Assembly (NCBI GenBank): GCA_002633005.1
Contig: NMRA01000049.1
Coordinates: 850,011-914,010, forward strand
Source of the DNA: Phoronis australis
Lineage: Eukaryota; Animalia; Phoronida
DNA length: 64,000 nucleotides
Direction: 5' to 3'
A model generated the notes under the pieces. It saw only the letters and a program-made list of their open reading frames with translations, did not search any database and had not been told where the DNA came from. Position numbers and translations under genes: made by a program. Below, in pieces: positions 25,231 through 38,200 of this stretch (its first letter is position 1; the number at the start of each line of letters is the position of its first letter).

Positions 25231-28200
25231 CAGTAAAAGTGATGTCCCGGAAAAACATTGCTGCTTTTAAGTTGTCACGGTAGCTATTAAAAAAGTATTG
25301 ATACTTTGTGTTGAAGTTTTCCCGAAAATTGTCTAAAAAGAAAAAAAATTAAGCGGTATTTTGGTAAATTTATGGTAAAAATGCTGAAAACAGACCATAC
25401 TGTTGAAGAAAGTTATGTGAGGGATGGACTTGGCATCTGAAGAGAAGGAAAAAGAAGACCAACAGAGAGTATCCGAAATTTGTTGGTTCCAAATTATTGC
25501 CATTTTGACGACATTTTATCTCTTATGAAATTAATACTCTTTATAAGACAGGAGATTATGAATAGTGTTATCAATAGCAAACTAAAGGTGGCGCTGTGAA
25601 GTAGTTCATTGTATATGCCAGAAAGAGGATGATTGAAAATATGCACTGTTGATAATAAGATGTGTTGTTATGTTTTGCCACTTCTATGAAGCTCATGAAA
25701 CTTTGATATTAGAGTGTGTTGTTCAGAATGCGAGATGTTTTCACCCTCACTCTAAGATCTCGTTCACGGACTGGATTTCCTGGGTCAGGCTGACCAACAT
25801 GTAAGATAAGGTCACAGATACGGCAGGAAGTTGCAGAACCTGATTCCTGTTCAAGTTGGACTGAATACCAGGGAGGTTGAAAATGCCTGATGTTCAGAAC
25901 AACATGCTCTCTTGTACATAACCTTACCTTTGCTCACGTTACTGACTGTACATGTCAAATTTATTGTAGGATGGTGATCTGTTAATCTGTAATTGCTGGG
26001 CGGGATTTGTTATTGCATGCTCATATACATTGGCATTGATTTAGGTAGAAACAGTGGAATGAGGTTAGACATTGTTGATTCCTGAAGTTATCTTTTTACA
26101 TCTGGTTCGTGCTCATTTTCTGTTTTTCTATTTTGCATAGACAAATGATGAAGAGAACCATGTCACTGGCACTGCGTATTTTTTAAGTGTTGGATTCATC
26201 TGTTGATTTTTGTAGTATTAACTGCACATGCTGTAGTTGTTAAAGTAAAACAGAAAAGTTGAAAATCGGCATGACGAACAATAACGGTTCATTTAGGGTC
26301 GACTAAAACCGTTTCAATCCTGTGTTGCTCCATCCACTTTGTCAAAATTGCGACAGTTTACTGCTCATGTACATTACATAAACAATTGACCTATCGCAAG
26401 CTCCAACCCTTGCGAAAAGTCCAAACAAACAATAAGTTTTACCCGGCGGCGTGTTGTTTGTCTGGTAAGATGGGGGCTTGGAAACGAAAGTGTGTCAAGA
26501 ATGCTGCGTTCTGATTAATCAGTTAAGCCATCACTCAAAATCCCGGTGAGTCAAGTAGCAACTAGGCGCATCAACGAGGCATTAAAGTGTTACAAAGTTT
26601 CAGGTCTGCATTGTCCAGTGGTAAACGGCCAAATGCCCTCTTGTCCAGGCCGCCAAACGCATTCATGAGCTGCTTTCGACAAGTTGGACTCCTAAACGTT
26701 ACTGAGCTGAGACCCAAGAGGGAAACAATCCCTGTTGAAGTCGTGAACGTTTGTTATTGTGTTTAATCAAATTCGTGTTAATAAAGGTTAATTTATGTTT
26801 ACAGCTGACGCATGTTTTATTCACTACATTGTTGTACAAACACTCGCTCCTGGATATCCCAGGTAGGGCAACAGTTTTCGAAGTGAAACTCGCCCGCAGG
26901 TCATAAAAAATTATTGGAGGCGCACCATATGGGGCCACCACCCACTTTTTTCAGTACTGCGCCGCCCATGAAAATGGACGTTTTCTTCTGTATTTTGGTT
27001 ATGTCCATAGGGGGTAGGCCCTCTGGGATCCCCGAAATCCTCTAGCTTTCATTAAACACGATTGCGAATGAATGTTAAGACAACTGAGGCCTTTGAGCTG
27101 CCACTGATTGGTTGAATGTGTTGATAAGTGCGTATTGCTCCTGCAACGCCTAAGTATAGAGGCTGTTTTATTTGAAAATTTCGAATATCAGGAGTAGGGC
27201 TTTAACCGAATACTAGAGTTAAGGAGTGAAGCTCTTGAAAGACGCGGTGGGTTTATCTAATGAGGTAAAGAAACTTCACGGGCAAGGATGAAATTCGAAC
27301 GGGTATGCAGACAAAGCGTTTAGGAAAAGCTCTTCGATATGTACAGTATTCATCGATTTCTGCAGTTTTCGTGTTCATTTCAACATACATTTGTTATTCA
27401 CAGAGTCTCCCAAAAATGTATTCGCACTTCAAATGATAACTCGTGCGTAATGTTATTGATTTAGCGAAGGGATTACTGGTTTTGAATTCATAAAGTGGTG
27501 ATAAGAGGGGAGTTAAATCTCTAAACCAAAATAAAGTCACTGTTTATACCTCAGGAAGGAGATTTATTCATTGTCTTGGTACTTCCTTGTCGCGCTGAGT
27601 AACCAATAGCATTGCACGATAAATTCTTGTTCTCCAAGCTTTTGTTATTGCGTGACCTATTTACATGTAAAAGCTTGCTCTAGACTCTCGACAAATTTCC
27701 CCAAGGCTTATTTATTTGTGACGCTTTTCCTCAATCGCCAGTATTTATGTTTTACATTTGCCTCGGCGTTGTTTCAATGAACTTGTGGAAGCTGCCGTGT
27801 CTTTACTTTATGACAGTGGAGATCCATTGCAGTCGAGTAGATGCGGTACAAAAACTTAATTGACCCATGCTGTTTAGAATTTGTCAGTTTTCAGGATGAG
27901 ATGTGATTTTCCACATTGATATCGAATAGGGTAGAACGCCTAACCCTCTGCATTTTTGGGTACACGTAATTTTCTATAGTGTTGATGTCTACATGTACAT
28001 TGTATGTGGCTATATTCGGGGGGCAATGGGAACTTTGTATTCAACCCATCTATAGATGTTCAAAAGTCAATTTCAAAAAAGTTCCCTAGAATCTAGGACT
28101 ACAGTTCATATTACTCCCAGCCTAGAATATACTTGCACGTTTAGTAAGAATAAAATGTTAGCCAACAGGTGTCAGCGCAAAATGATCAGAATAGCCAATC

Positions 28201-28259
28201 AAATGCCAGAAAATATTGTTTCCGTAGCTTCCCTATTCCCAAGTCGTCTGCTTCGAAAG

Positions 28260-28404
28260 CAAGCCAGCAGATGTTATCCTGCTCACAGGCGTCCTCAGCT
28301 TCTGATCGTCCTAATACACTATATAATACTACATGTACAAGGGAGTGTTATATTTAGTGTATTGGGGACGATCAGCTGAGGACGCCTTTGATCCTGCTGG
28401 CTTG
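28260..28404. repeat. ~145 bp inverted repeat (hairpin)
   Basis: Arms CAAGCCAGCAG..AGGCGTCCTCAGCT..TGATCGTCC.TAATACACTA and TAGTGTATT.GGACGATCAGCTGAGGACGCCT..CTGCTGGCTTG. Confidence 0.85.
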
Positions 28405-31400
28405 GCTAACTTGTTTACAGCTACTGTCCACATTGAAAATAATCAGTTCTTGGATGAGTGTGCAAGTAATTTGCAATAACCAAGGGCCAGAAGACTCATA
28501 CATGTAAACCAACAGGCAGCAGTTGGGAACTGAGGAAAGCTAAATCAAGTGGCAAGTGTCAAAGTGTCCTCATACTGATACAATTCTTGGCATGTTAGCA
28601 ATTTTGAGGGACACTGCTGAAACCATGATTTTTTGCCCCTTGTTGAATTCTTGTCTCAGATTCTGCTGAAAATTCTGAGTGCCTGGAATTTTCAGGTATT
28701 AGATGATCTAACTGTCTAAGGCAAAAAATGGATCAACACTGAGTGCAAGTAAGCTATCATTGCTAATTTTTTTGTGAAAAAACAGATTTCTTCTATCAGA
28801 AGCAGTGTTATAGACACTTTTCGGATGTAACAAAAATTGAAATAGCTCTTAAAAAAGACCAAGCTGATGAAGAAAACAATGTTGAATCTACTACAAAATT
28901 AAAATGAAATTGTCACTGTCAGTTCCAATTAACAGTGCTCAATGAAATTTATATGAGTTGCCACCACAATGTATCATTTGCCAAAAAATCAAATTGCATC
29001 ACAGAGAACTTCACAAACAAATTTTAGAACAAAAGAAAACTTGAAAACCTATCCCAGTTCCAAACATTCACTCGTAAATAGGCCTACCTATTGTTAATTT
29101 GAATTATGGTAAAAATCTTTAGGAAAAGAGAATTATTTTGCTTGATAAATTTGCAGTATTAGCTGTCCCTATCTCAAAGGTACTGGCAGTAGTTTTTACC
29201 TACCTGTTAGTGATCAGTACTGCTTTTTATGAACTTCCAAGGCTATTTTTAGACCCTTGTAAAAACATGGGCTATGTTTGGAAGTTGAGAAATATAAAAA
29301 TGGAAATGTTGCCCCTGTAATTCATTGTCTTGAAAATTCAAATGTTGCTCAGATTTCAGAATCTCACATTTTGAAGATTCTAGAATTGAGAATTTTTAGA
29401 ACGGGACAATTTTTACTCTTCCAATTATGTGCTATCTAAAACAGGAAGTATCAAAAGAAATTTTAGCTCTACCGTAAATAATAGGCATTCCAATTCCACA
29501 CAAGAACAATTGCCAAAATGACCATTCCTCTATTTTCAAATTCTGAACTACAGTAGGCCTATTAGGGATGCTAAAAATTCTTCTGTGTCTTAAATTAAAG
29601 GAAGGCAACTGTACAATACAATCAATGGTGATGATGATGCTCGTTTCTCTTGATGCTTACTTTTGCTGAGCCTTTTGACAAAATAAAATTTCACTTGTTG
29701 GCCATACTGTTCGCTAAAGTGAAGAGCATTTTGGTTATCTGTTTCAGTAAAAAGGCTTACTGTAACAAGGCTGAAGTGTTTAGATGAAACGGTATTCAGG
29801 TTGACAATTTTTTGATTTTGGGTAGGGTGCAGGCTTGCAGAGATATTTCTTAAACCTTTTCACTTAAGTTGTGCTCATGGAAGGCATTGAAACTTTTACA
29901 TGCGCGCACCCAGTCTAAAATATAGGGGGCACTCAGGCCCACGAATTGTGCATCCGCGCCGACTTCCTGTGGATTTTGTGGACTTTTGTCTCGTTTACTC
30001 GGACTTTTTGTTTCACTGATGCGGACCTTTTTGCCCAATGCGCCAAATTGGGGTGCTCGTAACCTAATAGAAATATTGACAACATTTTATTATCCTTTTT
30101 GCACCGCTAATTTCTTTTTTTTTAATTTTCCACCTAATGTCATGATATTTATCACTGTTCTTGTCCCCAATCAAATTATCATTCAGTTTTTGTCTAGTTT
30201 TGTTGGTTTTTGAAGACTGGATTTTTTGTTCCAAATTTTGCAAAAAATCAGGTTTTTGAGATCAAATTTCTCGAAAAGGTGCAAGTCAAACCTTAGGAAC
30301 TTTTTAGATTCTTAAAGTGTGGTACTTAATGACCTTAAAAACACCAAAATTTTCTTGCCCCCAAAAAGTAGGCACAGAAGTGATTGTCTAGGCTTCCTAG
30401 AGTCGAATGGACTATGGCCTAGAGAGCCGATAAAGACTTACAAAACAAGATATTGATTTTGACCGTCGCTCTACCTCAAGTTGTGTTTTGCAGTACGAAG
30501 TGCAATTGCAATAAATCCTAATTTTGATTCAGTACTTTTTTCTCGGGCCTTGAACAATTTTCGTGTATAAACGAAATCAGTTTCATCGCTCTCACGTATC
30601 GCCGGGTCATTTGATGGGACCTAAAAAGTGACAACTTATTCTAATATCTGGACGCAAATTAAAGGCAAGTGGCGCCTGGTCCTCAAAAGCGGCAGGTTTA
30701 AAAGAAACCTGAACTACATGTTTCAGCATTTTAATATGAATTTTGAAAGTATAAAGGTTGGTTACTGGCGTCCACTTATTCCTAATTAGTGCACAGTATT
30801 TTTCTTTTTTACTTTGAAAGTGAAAATTTATTAGTTCCGTAAGGCCCTATTGCAAGCGCTGTTTTTCGTGACGTCACTGAGGCTGTACAGCACAAAGAGA
30901 TATAGGTCATTAGCGTGTGAGAACATGTGCATACTCACAATTTTTTTCGTTTTTCTTTCCTGTGACGTTGATTCATCCCGGTTGCTAACCGTATGAAGAT
31001 TATCTTCAAAATACTGCTAGGTACCAGTAGCACTGTGTGTTGAGTTCTGTTAAGACTCGGAAATTTCACACAGCCCGGGTAGTTCTGCTCGACGTCACCT
31101 CGTCGCGACCTTAACTTATTCAGCATGAAGAACTATAAACTGGCAGGGGAGCGTGAAAATACCTGGGTGTCAACCTACACTCACCTTGCCCACTGGAGCC
31201 GTTTAAGTGAAAAATAATCCAGTAAACGTTATTTTATCTCATAATTCTCAGCCTTTAAAAGAAAACAGGCGCTCAACACGCGCTACTTCTTAAAATTTTG
31301 TGACATCTGTCGAGAGATGATGATATCCTGTTTGCGCGTGTGTACTAGATGCACCTAGTTAGCTTATCGGGAATGAGTTGGGTAATTGTGTATCAGTGAT

Positions 31401-31949
31401 TATTCACGTGTTCATGATCCGCCTTCATTAATATCCGTCTCTGATTTGACGTGTGCCACTTGCACCAAGCCTTTGCTCAGAAGCAGAAACCGTATTTGTA
31501 GAACCAGCCTACGGTAGGCCTACATTTGTTAGGTAAGACACGCCTCTAATAAGTTGTTTTTACATTCGAATAGGTCAGGGTGTTGACAATAAATTTTTAA
31601 ATTCACGTTAAAACTTAAAAAAAGTAATGTGGGGGATATTGAGAGTATGAAAGCCAGTACGGCCTAAGAACCAGTGAATGTGAGACTCAGTGAGGAGCGT
31701 TGGTGTCATTATAGCGCCGGCATTCTTCCTGGACCTGAAGCTCGATCAGCTATGGAGCCCCTAGCAACAAGAGACAACTGTCACATTTTCCCCGGGCCCG
31801 GTCGGCTGTATCGTAGGCCACACCATTGGTCAACGCCACCTGTTGCCAGTAACTCCTTCAATCTCCAGGTTTCAGAACTATAACACAGTGACGGGTATAT
31901 ATCAGTTTGTCGAATAATTCAACAGAAAGTTGCATTGAAAATTTATTTT

Positions 31950-32315
31950 CTGCATCGTCAATGAAGCCTGTTGATAGCAGCCATAGATTTACGTCCTTGT
32001 CTAGCAAGGTTCGTTGTCGCTTTAATCCATGTCTGCCTGGGAGTAATCACGAGTCACAAAAACTGTACTTATAGTACTTAGCGAGCCACTTCCACTTGAT
32101 CCTTCCCAAAGAACCATCTTTCATAATTTCGCAATAGACCTCCATTTCTAAATACAATATTTTGCTTTTTAAGGTTTACTGACATACCCCACGCAGTACA
32201 ATAGGTATTTAGACAATTCAACAATCTCTGCATATTCATTGGAGAATACTCACATATAACACCATATCATCTGCATACAATAACGAATGAATATCTGATA
32301 TGTCTTCTGTCACAA
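31950..32315 (-). mobile_element. Degenerate non-LTR retrotransposon reverse transcriptase fragment
   Basis: DIHSLLYADDMVL (YADD at 32266-32277) /frameshift/ MQRLLNCLNTYCTAWGMSVNLKK..IVFRNGG..ERWFFGKDQVEV; contains stops and frameshifts. Confidence 0.85.
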
Positions 32316-32329
32316 ATATCCATCATATA

Positions 32330-32460
32330 TTTTTAACATAGCTTTCTTGAGCACTAACTCAAAGTCTTTGAACCTGCTAAACTTCACAATTACAGATCTT
32401 GTCACACCCGGCCTTCCCGACCAGGAGTTTCCGGAGATAAGCGCACCCGATGAAACGCGC
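32330..32460 (-). mobile_element. LINE ORF1 (L1-type RRM region) fragment
   Basis: FHRV /frameshift/ GRPGVTRSVIVKFSRFKDFELVLKKA matches the ORF1 HR...RPIIVKF.R..D.E.VL motif. Confidence 0.65.
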
Positions 32461-32944
32461 ATGGGTGTTTATTCGGAAAATTATGTCTAATAAACGTCCG
32501 TGGATGTTTATTTGGTGTTACAACTTCTGGTGTCAAGCGTCCAGATAATGAGGCATTTATTCGGAAAGTTTCCTCTTAAAACTCCAATCAGCGTCAACCT
32601 TTAGCCACAAATTCAGTTTTGAGGAGCATTTATTATTCATACAATGTACAAACAAATAAAGTGTTGACAAATTTTGTATTTATGAACTTTAACTTAAATA
32701 GCACAGTTTTGTGCAAAAAATCGCTGATATTATTTGGTGTTACTGAAACGCCTGAAAATTTTCATTTTCCGAATACACGCCCATGGGCTTATCTAGGAAA
32801 ATCCCGGTACGATATAAACGATGTGCCTTTCAGTCAGAAGTTTTTCACCGTCCATTTCCAGGACTTCCTTCACGAGGTTTTAACTTTGTTCCCTGTTTCA
32901 GTTTAGTCCTCTCTTGCTGACGGATTATGGTCGTCAATTCCATT

Positions 32945-33628
32945 TGTTATTACATCATCGTCGGAACTGCCCCTCCAGATAGTGTGGTATATCAATGCGT
33001 ATTGTGGCCGATAAATGGCGCGCACGTGGTAATAAGGAAAACAACACACGAATACTTTAACAATAGAATACGTCTATTAATTTGCAGCGTTGTGATTTAC
33101 AAACAATAGATTATAATAAGTTGTGAGACTGACGACTATCTGATTGAGACAAGATATCCCTACTGCAGTGGAAAAACTACTAATCAACAGTGCCACTGGT
33201 TCCCCGGAGCTACCGCACACGCCAACACAAAACAAGTCACAACAGAACTAACCCTCCAGAACAATCACTAGCCAGTTCAAATTGACTTAACAGGCTGAGA
33301 CCAACACCCGTGATAAGTGTCTCTACGGGTTGTCCTTTCTCCTAGACTCTTTGGTCACAGAAGTTGCTCGTCTGGCCCCGGCTTCGTCTCAGTAGTCTGA
33401 AGTTGTCTTTCTGCTCTTGAATCGTGCCCCGTAGTCTGAAGTTGTGATCTATGGTGAATCCAGTCTGCCCTGGTCTCGAGAGCAAGTGCTTTAAATACTA
33501 AACTAAGTGGCATCAACCGATGGACCCACTCTGTATGTACATATATGTCCATCCCTCTATGACGAGCTAAATATAACGAGCTAACTGACCACGCGATGGA
33601 CCTACTCTGCATCCATTTCCCTATAACT
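32945..33628 (-). mobile_element. Possible solo LTR
   Basis: Termini TGTTAT...ATAACT (one mismatch); TATTTAAA box and a TTAAA polyA-like signal in order on minus; internal short repeats GTAGTCTGAAGTTGT. TSD unclear. Confidence 0.3.
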
Positions 33629-33636
33629 CAAAATTC

Positions 33637-33720
33637 TTGCATAACTGCCACTATTCCTGTATTATTGCATAACTGCCACTATTCCTGGGTTTTCAACATA
33701 AGAACACTATTCCTGGATTT
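33637..33720. repeat. 28-bp tandem repeat, three units
   Basis: TTGCATAACTGCCACTATTCCTG twice plus a diverged third unit sharing CACTATTCCTG. Confidence 0.8.
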
Positions 33721-33956
33721 AACTACTACAGAGGTAGCATATCCTCTGAAATTTTTTTGCACATGGAGGGCATAGCCTTATTGTATTACAATAGCCCACT
33801 TTGTTTTCCAACTTGCACACTTTGGTGGCGCTACAAAAAACGATTGTCCTGCATTGTTGTTCAGGACACAATGCCTCGTTTTAGCATCAACTTTAACAAC
33901 GCAAACATGAAAGCGCGCGTGTTCCAAACATGTAGTTTGGACACAACACCTCCTTC

Positions 33957-34232
33957 TCAAGTATAATGGCGAATTCGTGCAATTAGTAAATTGGAAAACT
34001 CTGATTTTAACTCTTCATTTTCTTCAACTACTTGTGAGATCAGAACCTTTACTTCGGTTATTTCATTAAACTTCTCAATCTTCGAATTTATATCATTCAA
34101 CATACCTATTATAGTATTGCTAAAGTCTAAAGGATCCGGTATTTTGGATCTCGCACATGTGCCTGTATCAGTATTTGAGGCTGGCGGCCACGACACCATA
34201 ATCACGTCTTTCCTACCGCCATGTTGTTGCAA
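33957..34232 (-). mobile_element. LINE ORF1-like coiled-coil fragment
   Basis: MLNDINSKIEKFNEITEVKVLISQVVEENEELKSEFSNL heptad pattern, on the same strand as and upstream of the ORF1/RT fragments. Confidence 0.45.
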
Positions 34233-35077
34233 TTGTAGATATCGACCTCAGTGCTTGTCCCTGGTGCGATTGACTTTGACTCCTAAACGGTTTTCGAGAC
34301 GACTCCTGGGCATTATCCTTGTCCACAATATGACAGGAGCGATGATTGTCTTCCAAATTCAGCGACTTGATAGTATAGAAGGCTATAGCTAAAAAATGTA
34401 GACCACAACACCGAACTCTACGTGACAGCTTCGACCGGTGTACTAGGGCTGTGGAATCCAGTGCCGTCGGGTTGCTCGAGGAGCCTAAACGCTGGAACCT
34501 CAACTAATTTGAGCTACTCTGGTCGCCCGTTTGCCCACTCAATGGCCCTGGCCCCTCGCGGTCGTCGTCATTACTTTCCAAGTGAGCTCCACCCAGGCCC
34601 TCCCTTCAGGTTAGCACGATTTGCGAGCTTTGCAACTGCCTCCCCATTCAGTGGCCCGAAACTACATCCAGGTCGCCAAAAATTTTTCAGACTGCAGCAC
34701 AATACATAACAGCTGGGCAAACTTGTAACAACCAATTAACCCCGGCGGTTGACGCGGATTTTCTAATAATTACATGAGGCGACGAGACGTATGCCAATTT
34801 TGGCTGGACCCCTGAGCTTTATCTTTTTAGCTAAACATAATCCAGCATTAATGAAAACAGCTGGTGCTGAGCCTCATGAATTGTACGCTGATTGTAGTCT
34901 TACTGACCCTGTCTTTTGTGTTGAAAACTGCAGAATCCTGCACTACCACTCACGTAAAACAATTAAATTTGTTGGATTTAACAAAAGCATGCATGATGAT
35001 TTTCAAAACTCCGTCGTCACATTATTTTTGGGTGGCAAGCACTTTGAAGAAACTTAATAACTATGGTCTTTTCCAGA

Positions 35078-35263
35078 ATGAGAATGAAGTCACTGTTAGC
35101 AGTTGTAATGGTGTTTCTTGGGTGTGTTTGCCTGAGCGAAGCATTCCCTTTCGGTACAGTTCTCCGGAAGAATACTACCGGATGTTGTTTCCCAGATCAA
35201 TTTGAAGGAGATGTCTTTGCTATGGTAGACCGAACAGTTGTCACCATTTCGTCTGTCAGCTTT
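35078..35263 (+). CDS. EPDR coding exon 1
   Basis: Signal peptide plus NTTGCCFPDQFEG; donor TTT|gtaagt. Confidence 0.87.
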
Positions 35264-38200
35264 GTAAGTCTCTTTGGGAACTATATAAGCCGCTTTTCCT
35301 AAAAAACTTAAGCTATGAGTTAGACCTACTAGCCAGCGATCCGCCAACAAGACTCAAAGGCTCGCGAAAACGCAATATCACGGAAAAGTTCGCGAGATAT
35401 TTCCTGACTTACAAGCGAGGCACATGATCACACCAGTAGTTTTACTAGCGTGTTGTGCGTGATCTGTTCTCACTTTTCTCGCAAGAAATACTTAGTTTAC
35501 AGAAAACTACCCAAGGCTACGTTCCGTAGGCCGCAAGCACTTGCAACGAAAAATCGCCGCTTATGAAGCGGAAACAGGGTACATGTATTTAATCCCATAA
35601 TTCAAAGGAACACCCTCAACGACCAAACACTTCAGTGGCCGCCATTTTGCCAGAACGTCCTGCAAGAAACTTGACTTATGGAAGTAGATTCTACAGTGGG
35701 AACCAGAGAAAAAACCATGATCTGATTACTTTTAAGAACCGATAAAACAGTTAAGCTCGTTACTATTGATCTTGAAATCTGATCATGAAAAGTCGTGCGT
35801 TTGCAAACAAAACATGCGTCGATCAGGGTATATTTATAGGATTGTTTTCAAACGTCTGGAAATATCAGCTTATCCGAGAGAATTTGATTAGTGACGCATA
35901 ATCTAGAATTACAAAGTCTTGCATACCAAGTCCTGTTTATTTTGAAAAAGCTGATGTGTCGTTGAAGCATCCTGTTTAGGAATACGTTTTAATTAAACTG
36001 TTTAGCGTTAAAATTCGTTCTGTACAGATTATAATGAATATGAAGCCGGAAGAGCTCTGCTAATTTACGTTTTACCGAAGAGGCATTTGAAAATAAAAAC
36101 CGCTTGCAAGACAACTTGAAAAATATCACTTCAGTTTGTTTAATATGAGCAACGCCATCTGTGCTAATAAATGAAAGGTACCAAACACAATACTTCTTTA
36201 ATTTTACGAAAAATCAATTTTCAAGCAACTTTGTTCGTCAATCAGCATTCTCAATGAAATATTGAAACACTACAGCTGAGCATAAACGAACAATTTAGGA
36301 GTTCAAACTAAAACTCCCAGTAATTTGGTAAATACTCACGGGTATTCGACTTCTTCTTTTTGGGTGTCAGTGAGAACACAACTGTATGCTTTTTAATATT
36401 TATAAGTTCACAGGGGTCACCCAAATTGTTTCTGTTGATTGTCAATATTAAGTCCACTGTGACATTAACACTCACTGCTGTGTGGAGATTGTATTAGATC
36501 AGAAGAGTGATAAATATTGACGTTATCCTCAACTTTCCGTATAAAATTATTGTTGAAGCGTATTATAGGCGAAAGTTCGGGTAAAATGAGATTTTTGCTT
36601 TATCTATCACACTTCATTATGAAATTCTATTGGTAGCTGTACCAGGTTTCATTTTTACAAAGGAATACTTTTGCAGATTCCGATTTATGGATCGTTCGAC
36701 TTCAAAGACAAGCGTGTGGCAATGAAGAATAATGAATTCTCAGTTATCATGGATCTTGCAAATGTGAGTGCACTGTAATTATAATTGACTAATTAATTGT
36801 ATGATTTGTGTTTTGAAGTTACCCAGCAGGCATCAACAAGAAAACGAGAATTATTGTGATAATATGAACCCTTATAATTGTTGGGAGGTTTAGCCTTCGT
36901 TGATAAAGTACGTCTTTTCTATGACTAATCATGAACCAGATCGGAACCGTCTAGTCTCTGTTATGGCTCATCTACCGTCGACTTGTAGGTTTGGTACAGG
37001 CGCCACTGCGCATGTCCTGGTTTAAATCTTCAGATGTGAGCCAACAATCTCAGGGTCTTACGGTACCGGCGGATATGAGGAAGTCTCTTCCGCTGCACCA
37101 GAATAGCGTTCAATGGATTGATTACAATACATAGTGGGTTCCAATCGGACTTAGAAGGAGCGTCTATACACCGGTACAAGTTCGAAAATCAACGTTTTCC
37201 TATTGCCTGTGGCGGTTAAATGAATACCGGTCGGTTTTGAGACTGTCATTAGCACACACCTTCATATTTCACCACAGTTCGCTACCGCATTACATTGTAC
37301 TTGCAAATTTTCCCATCTCTCTCCCTTTTCATTTCATAGAGGAAAAAAAGAACGTTGCTAAGTGAGATGTTTATCTTTAGAACATTACCGATTTACATGA
37401 AGTTATGAACTCCATCGTTTACATACGAAGGTGATTAGTCCATCGGCGTTAAACGTCACTTGAAGTCGGACAATGGAATTTAAGGGGGAAGGAGGTAGAT
37501 TTTTTTCCATGTTTCTCTTTACAGTGTAAAATTTCAAACTTAAGAAAAAGCAGACACAAGTATTGTAGAGTCATATTATCATATTTTAAACTTACTATTG
37601 AAAAGGAAAACGTTCCCCCAAAAACGCTGTCACTGTTCTCCAGTGTTTCATACGATCTTGTTCATGTCATCAATAAGCACTTGCAAGCAGAAATCCAACT
37701 TACCGCTTTTGTAGTTTATTGTTGGGATTTGACAAATACACAATACTGAGTCACAATTTTATTTTCTCATCAAAAGAGATAACGTTGTGATAACTTTAAA
37801 TAAGTTCAACCCCTGCCACGAGTTTGAAGTTCTTTTGTACTATATATCGTTTTTTGGTTCCATGTGTCTGCCGCTTCACTTCCGCTATTACTTAAATAGA
37901 TATGTCAAACAAACTGTATTATTTTTTATATTGCATTTGATTGCAGAGAACCCATTTCCTAATAACACGAAATGGAAAGAAGTGTACCAAACGAAGGATA
38001 GAGCACGATTTAGCCGATAACATGCAATGCATTACAAGTAAGTAGGATTATTTCAAGGTCTTCAGACACGTTGAACTGCACTGAATAGCCCTATAGCCAT
38101 GTATCAGAAACTTAATGGTTCGAAATTTGTGATTACGGGTATATGCGTTTTTCCGCTACCTATTTTAACACCATCTCTCTCGCGAAACAAAGTTGTACTG

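Noticed and set aside
33637-33720. CRISPR-like direct repeats
   Set aside because: Contiguous 28-bp units with no unique spacers; eukaryotic context and no cas genes.
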